From Phycisphaerae bacterium (GTDB lineage: Bacteria > Planctomycetota > Phycisphaerae > UBA1845 > Fen-1342), in assembly GCA_963666925.2 (NCBI GenBank), contig CAXXTC010000005.1, positions 96,001 to 160,000 of the forward strand: a stretch of 64,000 bases of DNA. The letters run 5' to 3'. Of the stretch, positions 1-9,236 are shown in pieces. The notes beneath the pieces were generated by a model that did no database searches, was not told the origin of the DNA, and was given only the letters and a program-made list of their open reading frames with translations. Both the position numbers and the translations under genes were made by a program. The stretch's first letter is position 1. The number at the start of each line of letters is the position of its first letter.

Positions 1-283
1 CGTCCAAGGCCGAGATGCTCGCAACCGCGTCGCGCTGGACGAAAACGCGCCGCCGATTTACGTGCCGGACCCCCGCCTTCTCCAGCATGTGAGCATCGTT
101 GACGTACTTTTCCTTGTCGCTGTGGCCGTCGGTGCGGTCGTGCACGTCGGCCTCGACAAGCCAGTAGCCGCGCTCGTCATGGGCCACGAGCCGGCCGATG
201 TAAACCAGCGGGCCCGGTGTATCGAGCACCACCCGGCAATCCACGAACTCATCCAGCGTTGGTTGTGATCCGTTTCCGCTCAT
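1..283 (-). CDS. Small hypothetical protein with possible Sm/LSm-like fold (runs off the window edge)
   Basis: Manual translation from ATG at 283: MSGNGSQPTLDEFVDCRVVLDTPGPLVYIGRLVAHDERGYWLVEADVHDRTDGHSDKEKYVNDAHMLEKAGVRHVNRRRVFVQRDAVASISALD. The frame is open to position 1 and is absent from the ORF track. The 'VVLDT..VYIGRL..D..L.EA' and 'VFV.R..V.SIS' segments resemble Sm1/Sm2 motifs. Divergent from recO. Confidence 0.6.
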   Translation of the reverse strand, partial: MSGNGSQPTLDEFVDCRVVLDTPGPLVYIGRLVAHDERGYWLVEADVHDRTDGHSDKEKYVNDAHMLEKAGVRHVNRRRVFVQRDAVASISALD

Positions 284-376
284 CCTGATCATTGCCATTC
301 GCCAGCCGGCCGCCGCCCCATACAATTCAGCATATTGTAAGCGCCACGGACGCCGCCCACCACGCCGGACAAGTGT

Positions 377-1111
377 ATGGACCCGCAAATCGACCTGGCC
401 ATCGTGCTGAAGCTGACGGAGTTCTCCGAGACGTCGCAGATCGTGACGCTCTTGGGGCAGCGCCACGGCCAGATCCGCTTGATCGCCAAGGGGGCCCGGC
501 GCAGCACGCGAAAACGCTTCGCCGCCGGCCTTGACCTGCTCGAACTCGGCGAGGTCGGGTTTCTGTTGCCGCGGGGCGACGCCCAGCTCGGCACGCTGAC
601 CGACTGGCAGCAGCGCGACGCGTTCATGGGGCTGCGCCGGGCGGCCCTGCCGCTGGCGGGCGCGCTCTATGCAATCGAGCTCGTGGCCGGCCTGACCGAG
701 GAGCACGACCCCCACCCGGAACTGTTCGTGGGGCTGCGGGATACCATGCACAGCCTGTCGTCAAACGAACCCCCTGCCGGGCCGATCATCGTCCAGTTCC
801 AGATGATCGTGCTGAAGACCATCGGCTATGCACCGGAGTTGGGCCGCTGCATCGACTGTGGCCGACCGCCCGCGTCCAATCAGCCGACCTGGTTCACGGC
901 CGGCGGCGGCGGCCTGCTCTGCCGTGATTGCGAGCCCCACCACCAGGAAAAGCGGCGTATGCCGACCCGGCCAGAACGCGCGCTGGACGACCCCGCCGAA
1001 TCACCGCGGTGGTTCGATCTGCTGGATTACCAGCTCACCTTCGTGGCGGGACGCAAGTTCAAGACCGCGGCCCGGGTAACCGCCCTGCTGGCCCGCAAGC
1101 AGCAGCCCTGA
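377..1111 (+). CDS. recO: DNA repair protein RecO
   Basis: N-terminal OB-fold (AIVLK..FSETSQIVTLL..HGQIRLIAKGAR) and C-terminal Zn finger CxxC...GGLLCxxC. Confidence 0.92.
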   Translation: MDPQIDLAIVLKLTEFSETSQIVTLLGQRHGQIRLIAKGARRSTRKRFAAGLDLLELGEVGFLLPRGDAQLGTLTDWQQRDAFMGLRRAALPLAGALYAIELVAGLTEEHDPHPELFVGLRDTMHSLSSNEPPAGPIIVQFQMIVLKTIGYAPELGRCIDCGRPPASNQPTWFTAGGGGLLCRDCEPHHQEKRRMPTRPERALDDPAESPRWFDLLDYQLTFVAGRKFKTAARVTALLARKQQP

Positions 1112-1215
1112 CCACTCCCAATGAGATTGGAATATCGCTAATTTCTCGCGGACGATCTGCACCGTTGGGTTGTCACTTGCGTATCATCATTGGCGGCGGC
1201 GCTGGAGACGCCAAC

Positions 1216-1899
1216 ATGAACGAGGAAACCATCTACATCCCGACTGTCGTGCCGGTCTTTCCACTACCGCAGGTCGTGCTCTTTCCGGGCACGTTGCTCC
1301 CGCTCCACGTCTTCGAGGAGCGCTACCGCGACATGGTCATGGACGCCCTCCAGGAAGAGAGCAACGCGCTGGCGATCGCACTGCTGCGCCCCGGCTTCGA
1401 GTCGCTCTATTACACGCCCCGGGCACCGATTCACGAGATCGTCGGCGTGGCCCGCATCGTCGCGTCTGAAGAAACCAACGACGACAAGTACAACATTCTC
1501 ATTCACGGGTTGCTGCGGGCCCGCATCGTTGATGAATCCCACGAGCGTTCCTATCGCCGCGCCCGGATCGAGCCGATTCACAGCCATTGCAGCAGCGGCG
1601 ACGTACGCTCACGCGAACTGCGCCGCGAGTTGCTCAGCGCTATCCGTCACGATACGGCCATCGATCCCGAACTCCGCCGGCATTGGATCAAGCTGTTCGA
1701 CACGTCGCTCGATCTGGAAGAGCTGACCGACCTGATCGGGGCCGGCATGCCCAGCGAGCCCGAGCTGCGCCAGTGCTTGCTCAATGAGACCGACGCTTCG
1801 GAGCGCGTCGAGATGCTGCTCGAACAACTGCATACGCTCGAACAGGTCAGCCGCGTCAGCCGTGGCTTCGGCACCAGCGAGAAAGAAAGCCTGAATTAA
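1216..1899 (+). CDS. Stand-alone Lon protease substrate-binding (LON_N) domain protein
   Basis: PVFPLPQVVLFPGTLLPLHVFEERYRDMV motif. ATG at 1216 follows a GGAG Shine-Dalgarno. No AAA+ or protease domain. Confidence 0.88.
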   Translation: MNEETIYIPTVVPVFPLPQVVLFPGTLLPLHVFEERYRDMVMDALQEESNALAIALLRPGFESLYYTPRAPIHEIVGVARIVASEETNDDKYNILIHGLLRARIVDESHERSYRRARIEPIHSHCSSGDVRSRELRRELLSAIRHDTAIDPELRRHWIKLFDTSLDLEELTDLIGAGMPSEPELRQCLLNETDASERVEMLLEQLHTLEQVSRVSRGFGTSEKESLN

Positions 1900-1922
1900 A
1901 CCCCCGCGTAGCGGTAGCAACC

Positions 1923-3410
1923 TCAGCTCAGCAGCGGTTTGAGCAGCGTCCACAGGCGCATTTCAAACACCGTCCAAGTCCCCAGTATCAGCGCCACCAG
2001 CATAATGCCGGCCTTGACCAGGAGAACATTGCGCTCGAAGCGGCGCGTCGCGATGGGGTCGCGAGCCAATTTCTGAACCAGCAGCGAGCGCGACGAGATG
2101 GACGAGTGCCGCCAGCTCCGCGCTTCCGGACGCATCCCGTTCAGCAGGGCCACTTCGTGCAAACCCTGTGAGAAAACATGGGCCGCGGTGCTGCACAGCC
2201 GGTCGCCGCCGGGCGGAAGCTGCGGCAGCAGGTCCGGATGGTGCACCGCACAGGGCAGTTCGCACGGCAGCCCGGACAGTTGCAGCGTGCGCACGCCGTA
2301 GATGTCCGCCTGACGCTCAAAGCGGCGTGAGATCCAACCGAAAAGCACGCCCCACTTCAGCACCATCAGCGTGCCGAGCACGGTGGCAACTATTTCGTAC
2401 TGCCCGCGCGCCAGGCCCTGCATACGCACCGAGAAAATCATGATGATGCAGCCGCTGATCCCGGCGAACAGCAGGAAAAACAGGATGTGGTGGCGTTTGA
2501 CGTGGCCGGCCTCGTGCCCAAAGACGGCCTCGATCTTGCGATCGTCAAGCTGTTCGAGCATGGCATCGGTGATCAGGACGTAACGCAGCGGGGCGATCAC
2601 GCCCATCACCGCCGCGTTGACCAGCATTCCCCCGGACCGCCACACCAGGATGTCGCGGCAGCGCAGCTTGAGCCGGCGACAGAGTACCAGAAGCTGGTCG
2701 CGCAGCGGCCCGTCGGGCAGACGCTGGGTTACCCAGACGTGGCGCAGAATCTCCGGCGCCACGACCGCAACGCCAATCGCAATCACCCCAAGCACCAGGT
2801 CGCCGATGTACTGCTGCCCGGTCGCCGCGATCATGCGGTCCTCGAAATACAGCACCACATCGCGGCCCAGCAGGATCAGCAGCATCGGGGCCAGGATAAA
2901 CAGCACCTGGTGGCGCAAGTTGAACATCAGGTACTGCGCCCGTGACCACACGGCGCGAAGCGGACGCCCGCGGAACAGGTATTGCTCCAGGGCGATCTGC
3001 CGCACGCTCCGATCCGACGGATACAGCACGCACCACGCCAGGATGACCGACACCAGAAACGGCCCGAGCGCGAGCACGCCCGGGATTAGCGGCCAGTCAC
3101 CGACCACCGGCACCTTGCGAACCAGCACCAGCCAACTCGTCGTCAACAATAGTCCGATATGCAGCAACCCCAGGCTGGCGTGCAGGCCGAGCAGCCCACG
3201 GTGATAGATCGCCTGCCCTCGGCCGGGGTTCTGGGGGCACCGATCCAGCCGACCGATGACGTAGTGATTCACGATCGCCGCCAGCAGCACCGGCACCAGC
3301 GTGGCCACCCCGACCAGCGCCAGCGTCGGCCACAGACCGGTAATATAGCGATACGGTGCGCTAGAAAACGTCAGCACGACCGAGAGCACGACTATGACGA
3401 CCAGATACAT
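1923..3410 (-). CDS. Membrane M48 (Ste24/HtpX-like) zinc metallopeptidase
   Basis: Multiple TM helices, NAAVMG, HExxH (HEAGH), and a downstream ERQAD third-ligand motif. Confidence 0.88.
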   Translation of the reverse strand: MYLVVIVVLSVVLTFSSAPYRYITGLWPTLALVGVATLVPVLLAAIVNHYVIGRLDRCPQNPGRGQAIYHRGLLGLHASLGLLHIGLLLTTSWLVLVRKVPVVGDWPLIPGVLALGPFLVSVILAWCVLYPSDRSVRQIALEQYLFRGRPLRAVWSRAQYLMFNLRHQVLFILAPMLLILLGRDVVLYFEDRMIAATGQQYIGDLVLGVIAIGVAVVAPEILRHVWVTQRLPDGPLRDQLLVLCRRLKLRCRDILVWRSGGMLVNAAVMGVIAPLRYVLITDAMLEQLDDRKIEAVFGHEAGHVKRHHILFFLLFAGISGCIIMIFSVRMQGLARGQYEIVATVLGTLMVLKWGVLFGWISRRFERQADIYGVRTLQLSGLPCELPCAVHHPDLLPQLPPGGDRLCSTAAHVFSQGLHEVALLNGMRPEARSWRHSSISSRSLLVQKLARDPIATRRFERNVLLVKAGIMLVALILGTWTVFEMRLWTLLKPLLS

Positions 3411-3460
3411 GTCAGGATAATAGTTGAAACACGGCTCGCCTTCACAGGGAGCGGCAATAC

Positions 3461-4111
3461 ATGCAGGTCAAAATCTGCGGCATCACACGTCTCGATGACG
3501 CCACACACGCGGCCAACTGCGGTGCGGATTTCATCGGCTTGATCCGCGCTGCGAGTCCACGACGTGTGCCGGTGGAGACCGCGCGGCAGATTGCCGACGC
3601 GCTGCCCGCCGACATCAGCGCCGTCCTGGTCTTTCGCGACAACAGCGTCGACGAGATCGTAGCAACGCTCGAGCAGACCGGCATCCGCTGGGTGCAGTTA
3701 CACGGGCGCGAGACGCCCGAGTTTGCCAGCGAACTGCACGCGCGTCAGCCCGCCATCCACCTGATCCGCGCGTGGGAATGTGCAGCCGACGACAATTCAG
3801 CCCGGCTACTCGCTTATCTCGACACGGCTCATGCGGCGGGCGTCGCGTTTGACGTCGTATTACTGGACGTTCCCAAGAACACACCACACCCCGGACACGC
3901 GACGCTGGCACGCATCTCGGCCGACCTGCGGCCCGCCGGCCAGCACGTCTGGTGCGCCGGGCAGCTCAACTGCGATAATCTGCCCGCGGCGCTGGCGGCT
4001 GACGCGTATGACGGCGTGGACGTGGCCAGTGGCGTGGAAACACGCCCTGGGATCAAGGACCCGGCGGCCGTCGAGCGATTCATCACACGTTGCCGAACGC
4101 TGGGCGCCTGA
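3461..4111 (+). CDS. trpF: Phosphoribosylanthranilate isomerase
   Basis: VKICGIT, VQLHG.E and GVDVASGVE..PGIKD motifs. Confidence 0.93.
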   Translation: MQVKICGITRLDDATHAANCGADFIGLIRAASPRRVPVETARQIADALPADISAVLVFRDNSVDEIVATLEQTGIRWVQLHGRETPEFASELHARQPAIHLIRAWECAADDNSARLLAYLDTAHAAGVAFDVVLLDVPKNTPHPGHATLARISADLRPAGQHVWCAGQLNCDNLPAALAADAYDGVDVASGVETRPGIKDPAAVERFITRCRTLGA

Positions 4112-4191
4112 GCACTCGCGGCTGGCGTCAAGGGCACTGGCAGGTAGAGCCGATAACTGGTGGTGGAATTTCTCCGTACCGGAGCACCCCC

Positions 4192-4419
4192 GTGCCGCTG
4201 GACACCTACGATGACCGCTCTAAGCCGCAGCCAAACCAGCCGGCCGCCGGCAAACGCCCCTACATCTCGGTGTATTTCGAGTGTTGTGGCGTATATGACC
4301 GAATCTACCGGCAGCCCGGACAGCTATTCTATCAGGGGCGGTGTCCGAAATGCCTGCGTACGCTGCGTGTCAGAGTAGGCCCCGAAGGCACCAGCGAGCG
4401 GATTTTCCGCGCTTCCTGA
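4192..4419 (+). CDS. Small Cys-rich (Zn-ribbon-like) hypothetical protein
   Basis: GTG at 4192 after GGAG. Contains FECCGVY.RIY...Y.GRCPKC..LRVRVGPEGT. Confidence 0.65.
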   Translation: MPLDTYDDRSKPQPNQPAAGKRPYISVYFECCGVYDRIYRQPGQLFYQGRCPKCLRTLRVRVGPEGTSERIFRAS

Positions 4420-4424
4420 CCAAC

Positions 4425-4455
4425 AAAGCCGACGCGTCGGCATCGTCGGCTATTT
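4425..4455. terminator. Probable bidirectional terminator between convergent genes
   Basis: Stem AGCCGACG/CGTCGGCT with flanking AAA and ATTT. Confidence 0.45.
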
Positions 4456-6384
4456 CTCGGCGGCCTCGCGGAGGATGAGCGTGAGGACATCTTCTCCTTC
4501 AAGCCGCCAGCGGGGAATGTACTTGCCGTTCACGAAGATGGTCGGAATGCTCCAGATGCCTGGTCGGACACCGATGCGCAGCCGGGGCAACTTCTTACCC
4601 GCCTGAGTGTCAGCGGTCACCTGTTCTGCCGACGCGGGCTGGTCGAGTGTTGCCAGCAACGCATCAGGATCAAGCCCCAGTGCGGTGGCCTCCGCGCGAA
4701 GTGTTTCATCGTTGAACTCCTCCCGATGCTCCATCAGCCACACGTGCATTTGCCAGTGTGCTTCGGGGCCACCTAGTGCGCCGGCCGCCTCGGCCGCAAA
4801 GGCTGCCCGACACGCCAGCGGATGCCGCTCCGCGCTGATGTTCTGGTTGCACTTGCTGTTGAACGGATAGTGGCGGTAGGTGTAGTGAACCTGGCCGGTC
4901 GATTCCATGAATGCGCGGATGCCGGCGTCGGCAGCGCAGCTCCCCTGCTCCTGGTAATCGCCCCACATGACTACCTGCACGGGCGCATCCGCCGGGCCGC
5001 GCGACAGCCCCGCACCCACAGCCAGATCGTCCAGCACTGGCTCTTCACGCCAGTCAGCAACGTACTTTTCCACCGCTTTGGGCGGATGATCGTAGGCAGC
5101 GATCCGCGCCGGCGGATTGGTGGCGGCCACCTGCTCGACGGTCCGCACGAGCGCATTCGGGGAATACCAGCCCTTCAATTCCACGCCATTGATGAAGACC
5201 ATGGGCGTGAAGTGCAGGCCGACCTCCTCCCCTTCATCAGCGTCAGCCAGCACACGATCGAGCGTCTCCTGGCTCGTCATAACCTTGACGAAATCGCCCG
5301 GCTCATAGCCCAGGCTGCGGATAGCGTCGAGAAGCTCCTCGGTGGTGGTGAACACACCCTGATGCTCGAACAGCCAATCGTGCATCTTCCAGAACCCCTC
5401 AGTTCCCCACAGTATGCCGGCCGCCTCCGACGCACGGGCGGCCCAGCACGCGTTCGGCTGGCTCGTGCGCTGCACCTGCGGGTTGCAATCCGTGTTCAAC
5501 GGGAAATGCTTCATCGAAATGGCTACATCGTCGCGCTGTCGCAGTTGTGTAACCTGTGATTCAATCCGGCGACAATCACGACACTGGAAGCTCGTGAACA
5601 GCACGATGCGGATGGGCGCTTCGGCCGGGCCCCAGCGATAGCGACCTTCGAAAGGCACCGCGGGAGCGGATTGTGCCGGTTCTCTATCACCGCTCGCACC
5701 CGGTTCCGGCTCGTCATCCGCGGCTGTAACAACGTGCGATCCCTCGCCCGGAACCGGTGCCTGGTGCGAACGCTCGATCATCTTGGCGACGGCCTCGGTC
5801 CGCTCGGCCTCACCCTTGCGATTGACGGCGGCCTGCACTTGGGCCTGCCAAACGCCCGCGGCTACGGTCGCCAGGATCCAGGCCGACGAAAACGACACCA
5901 GCGCTGGCAGAAAACGGCGCTGCCGCACGCGAATCGTCTCCATCAACAGCCAGAACAAGAAGTTAGCGACGTGGGCAGCGATGCAATAGGGACACAACGT
6001 CTGCTCAATGATAATGATCACGCAGAAGAACGCGGAAATCAGCGCCCCCAGACGCACCAGGTAGCGAAACAGCGCCGGCAGGACGCCGCCGGTGATGATC
6101 CAGGCAAGGGTCAGCGCCACGAACCAGGAGAGTCCCAGAAACGCGACGGGCCAGTGGAACTCACCCAGCCTGACGCTGCCCCAGAAGCTGTTGGCGGCCT
6201 GCTCACAGGGGCCACCGGCACCGCAACCGGGGAGCGCCAACCCGCCGACATGCTCCCACGCCAGCAGCAATGACATCACGGCTGCGAAACCGGCCAGTGA
6301 TATTCCGAGCAGAAAACGGGGGGGAGTGGTACTCGCGCACTCGGAATCGGGAGCGGTGTCTTTTCTTAACGTAATCTTTGTCAT
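4450..6384 (-). CDS. VKOR (vitamin K epoxide reductase family) fused to two DsbA/thioredoxin-like domains
   Basis: VKOR loop Cys pair (GCGAGGPC) and CPYC. First Trx domain has FQCRDC...FTP, second has DYQEQGSC...SIPTIFVNG. Confidence 0.88.
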   Translation of the reverse strand: MTKITLRKDTAPDSECASTTPPRFLLGISLAGFAAVMSLLLAWEHVGGLALPGCGAGGPCEQAANSFWGSVRLGEFHWPVAFLGLSWFVALTLAWIITGGVLPALFRYLVRLGALISAFFCVIIIIEQTLCPYCIAAHVANFLFWLLMETIRVRQRRFLPALVSFSSAWILATVAAGVWQAQVQAAVNRKGEAERTEAVAKMIERSHQAPVPGEGSHVVTAADDEPEPGASGDREPAQSAPAVPFEGRYRWGPAEAPIRIVLFTSFQCRDCRRIESQVTQLRQRDDVAISMKHFPLNTDCNPQVQRTSQPNACWAARASEAAGILWGTEGFWKMHDWLFEHQGVFTTTEELLDAIRSLGYEPGDFVKVMTSQETLDRVLADADEGEEVGLHFTPMVFINGVELKGWYSPNALVRTVEQVAATNPPARIAAYDHPPKAVEKYVADWREEPVLDDLAVGAGLSRGPADAPVQVVMWGDYQEQGSCAADAGIRAFMESTGQVHYTYRHYPFNSKCNQNISAERHPLACRAAFAAEAAGALGGPEAHWQMHVWLMEHREEFNDETLRAEATALGLDPDALLATLDQPASAEQVTADTQAGKKLPRLRIGVRPGIWSIPTIFVNGKYIPRWRLEGEDVLTLILREAAEK

Positions 6385-6541
6385 CTCTGCCTCGACAAAA
6401 CCAACCGGTTCCGCTTATTTTCTCAATGATCAGTCTTATGTTATTCAATCCAACTTCAACTACAAAGGCCGCCTCGGGAACAGCAGTCCACGAAGACCGC
6501 CACTACCCCGGGCCAGCGGACCAGAGCAGGGTTTTCCAAGC

Positions 6542-7153
6542 ATGAGTGCAGCACCCGTCGCCACCCTGACCACGCAGCAATACGACTCAATCCTAGATGC
6601 AGTATCGGACGCGGTTCTGATAACTGACGCGGAGCGCCACATCACGGCGCTGAATCGCCAAGCCCAAGTCCTCGGCGGCCTGCGCCGCGAGGAAGCACTA
6701 GGCCGCCAGTGTTCGGACGTCCGGCCCCGCGTTGATGGCGACCGCGACTGCCCGCTGACAACGGCGCTGCGCGAAGAGCGTTCAATTACGCAACAGCTCG
6801 AGATCATCACGCCCCATCGCGGGCTGGTCAGGCTCGACGTAACCGCCCTACCCCTGCGGAACGAAGCCGGCGTAATCGTTGGCGGCGCAGTGATCTGCCG
6901 CCTGGCCCCGACCAAGCTCGCCGCAACCTCTCCCGACCAGGCAACGCCCGAGGCCTCAGCGGCGGACGCGTCCGATACCGAAGATCTGTCGATCCTCGAT
7001 GCCACCGAACGCCAGGCCATCGAACGCGTACTGCGCGAGAACGGGTGGAACCAGGGACTGGCCTGCCGCACGTTGGGAATCAGCCGCACAACACTGTGGC
7101 GCAAGATGAAGAAGCTCAACATCAGCGTCCCGCGCCGCGGCACAGGCCGCTGA
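6542..7153 (+). CDS. PAS domain plus Fis-type HTH regulator (no AAA+ domain)
   Basis: ILDAVSDAVLITD...ALN PAS core. C-terminal ERQAIERVLRENGWNQGLACRTLGISRTTLWRKMKK is an HTH_8 motif. Confidence 0.85.
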   Translation: MSAAPVATLTTQQYDSILDAVSDAVLITDAERHITALNRQAQVLGGLRREEALGRQCSDVRPRVDGDRDCPLTTALREERSITQQLEIITPHRGLVRLDVTALPLRNEAGVIVGGAVICRLAPTKLAATSPDQATPEASAADASDTEDLSILDATERQAIERVLRENGWNQGLACRTLGISRTTLWRKMKKLNISVPRRGTGR

Positions 7154-7165
7154 ACCAACCACTCA

Positions 7166-9169
7166 TCAGCTAACCGCACCCTGCGTGACTTGCCAGGCGC
7201 GCAGCATCTCCGCAACTGACCAAGCTTGCGCGATGCAACCGCCCGGTGTGTGCGGCTCGGCGCCGTCGAATACTTCGCCGAGCGAGCCCATCCCGTGCGT
7301 CCACACCTGCCCGAGCAGAGGCGCAAGCAGCGCCCGCGCCCGCCGCGCGTCGTGATGCAATCGGTAGTGTGCAATGACCAGCGGTCCCAGCAGCCAGCCC
7401 CAGGCCGTGCCCTGGTGATAAGCCTCGTCGCGCTCCACCGGCCCGCCGGCATAGCGACCGCGATACTGTGGATGATTCGGCACCAGCGTGCGCAGGCCGA
7501 ACCAAGTCAGCAATTGGTTTAAGCACTTCTTCACGACCGCCTCCTGGTGCTCGCGCGACAGGGGTGAATGGGCCAGCGAAACGGCGAAAACCTGATTGGG
7601 CCGCAGCGTATCGTCCGCACCATCGGGGCCATCGAGCACGTCCACGCAGCAGCCGGCAGGCTCGTTCCAGAAGCGTTCAAATGCCTGGCGAGCGCGCGTG
7701 GCGAGGCGTTGATACTCGGTACCCGGAACGTCGGCCAAGTCAGCAAGCCGGGCCAGGTTGCACAGCGCGTCGTACCACAGGGCGTTCAACTCGATCGGCT
7801 TGCCCATGCGCGGGGTGATGACGCGGTCGCCGATCTTCGCATCCATCCAGGTCAGATTGACGCCCGCCTCGCCCGCCCAGATCAACCCATCGTCGGCGAC
7901 GTGGATGTTGTGCCTGGTGCCGCGCTGGTGCCAGTCCACGATCGACCGCAGCGTGGGCATCAGCTCGACCAGCGTTGCGACGTCACCGGTAGCGCGCACG
8001 TACTGATCAACCGCCCAGAGGTACCACAGCGTCGCGTCGGCGGTGTGATACTCGGGCAGTTCACCTTCGTCGGGGAAGCGGTTCGGGATCATGCCCTGGT
8101 CAACGTAGCGCGCCCAGGTGCGCAGGATCTGATGCGCCAGATCAGGGCGCCCCGTGACGAGCGTCAGACCGGGCAGCGCGATCATCGTGTCGCGCCCCCA
8201 GTCTGTGAACCAGGGATAGCCCGCGATGATCGTGTGTCCGTCCGGCTCATCACGGGCCGGCCGACGAACGATGAACTGATCGGCCGCGAGCACGAGTTGA
8301 CGAATCGCGTGCGGTGCTTGCTGCGCCGCCGCCCCGGCGTGCTGCTCCCAGCGATTCAGCAGATCCGCCCCGCGGGCCACGACCCGGCGATGAGCCGCGG
8401 GCGAATCGCCCGGCTCCTCACCTTCCGCAGCCAGAACAAACGTCGCCGTCCTGCCAGGCGCAAGATCTACCCGGGCCACGCCGGCTGACAGATGATCCTC
8501 TACATGATCGAATCCGCGCCGCTCTTCGGTGGGCAGGTGGAAGCCGCGGTACCAGGTGTGGTCGGGGCGCCAGTCCACGGCCGTCTGCGGCTCGGGCACG
8601 ACACCCACACGGACGCCGGCGTTCTCCCCGGCGTGTTTCACGACCAGATCACTGCCCGAAACGTGCACATCGAAGTTGCCCGCGTCGGCAGCGGACAGGT
8701 AGTGATAGTGCCGATGGTTGACCAGCAGCCGGGCGCTGAGGCGCAGGGGGTGCGGCGCTGCGCAGAGTTGGTACTGGACGTAGGTGATATTGCGTCCCGG
8801 CTCCATCCAGATGCGTTTGATCAACTGGGCCGGGCCAACCTCGTAGGTCCAGGTGGGGACGCCCTCGACTAGCGACCAGCGCAACAGATATTTCCAGCCG
8901 GCGGGGTCAATCAGCCCCCGTTGCCACGCACTGCTGTAGAGCAGGTGGTCGACGCCATCGACGGTCAGCGACTCGTCCAGACGGGCGACCAGCAACGTGC
9001 GGCCGACTGGGGGACGCAGCGCGGCAAACAGCAATCCGTGATAGCGGCGCGTGTTGACGCCGGCGATGGTGGCCGATGCGAAGCCGCCGATGTTGTTGGT
9101 CACCAGCCATTCGCGACTTAGCAACGTCGGCAGGTGCCGGCATACAGCGCAGGACAAGCAGGTTTGCAT
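7166..9169 (-). CDS. Glycogen debranching enzyme / amylo-alpha-1,6-glucosidase (archaeal-type GDE_N + GDE_C)
   Basis: EWLVTN..GGFAS, TRRYHGLL, IIAGYPWFTDWGRDTMI, LTWMDA, YHQGTAW and AQAWSVAE motifs. Confidence 0.92.
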   Translation of the reverse strand: MQTCLSCAVCRHLPTLLSREWLVTNNIGGFASATIAGVNTRRYHGLLFAALRPPVGRTLLVARLDESLTVDGVDHLLYSSAWQRGLIDPAGWKYLLRWSLVEGVPTWTYEVGPAQLIKRIWMEPGRNITYVQYQLCAAPHPLRLSARLLVNHRHYHYLSAADAGNFDVHVSGSDLVVKHAGENAGVRVGVVPEPQTAVDWRPDHTWYRGFHLPTEERRGFDHVEDHLSAGVARVDLAPGRTATFVLAAEGEEPGDSPAAHRRVVARGADLLNRWEQHAGAAAQQAPHAIRQLVLAADQFIVRRPARDEPDGHTIIAGYPWFTDWGRDTMIALPGLTLVTGRPDLAHQILRTWARYVDQGMIPNRFPDEGELPEYHTADATLWYLWAVDQYVRATGDVATLVELMPTLRSIVDWHQRGTRHNIHVADDGLIWAGEAGVNLTWMDAKIGDRVITPRMGKPIELNALWYDALCNLARLADLADVPGTEYQRLATRARQAFERFWNEPAGCCVDVLDGPDGADDTLRPNQVFAVSLAHSPLSREHQEAVVKKCLNQLLTWFGLRTLVPNHPQYRGRYAGGPVERDEAYHQGTAWGWLLGPLVIAHYRLHHDARRARALLAPLLGQVWTHGMGSLGEVFDGAEPHTPGGCIAQAWSVAEMLRAWQVTQGAVS

Positions 9170-9236
9170 GATTGCGGGCCCTTCCGGACGGCGGTTGAGT
9201 TTCCGGGCGCACAGCGCCGCGGCACGGCGCGGATCA

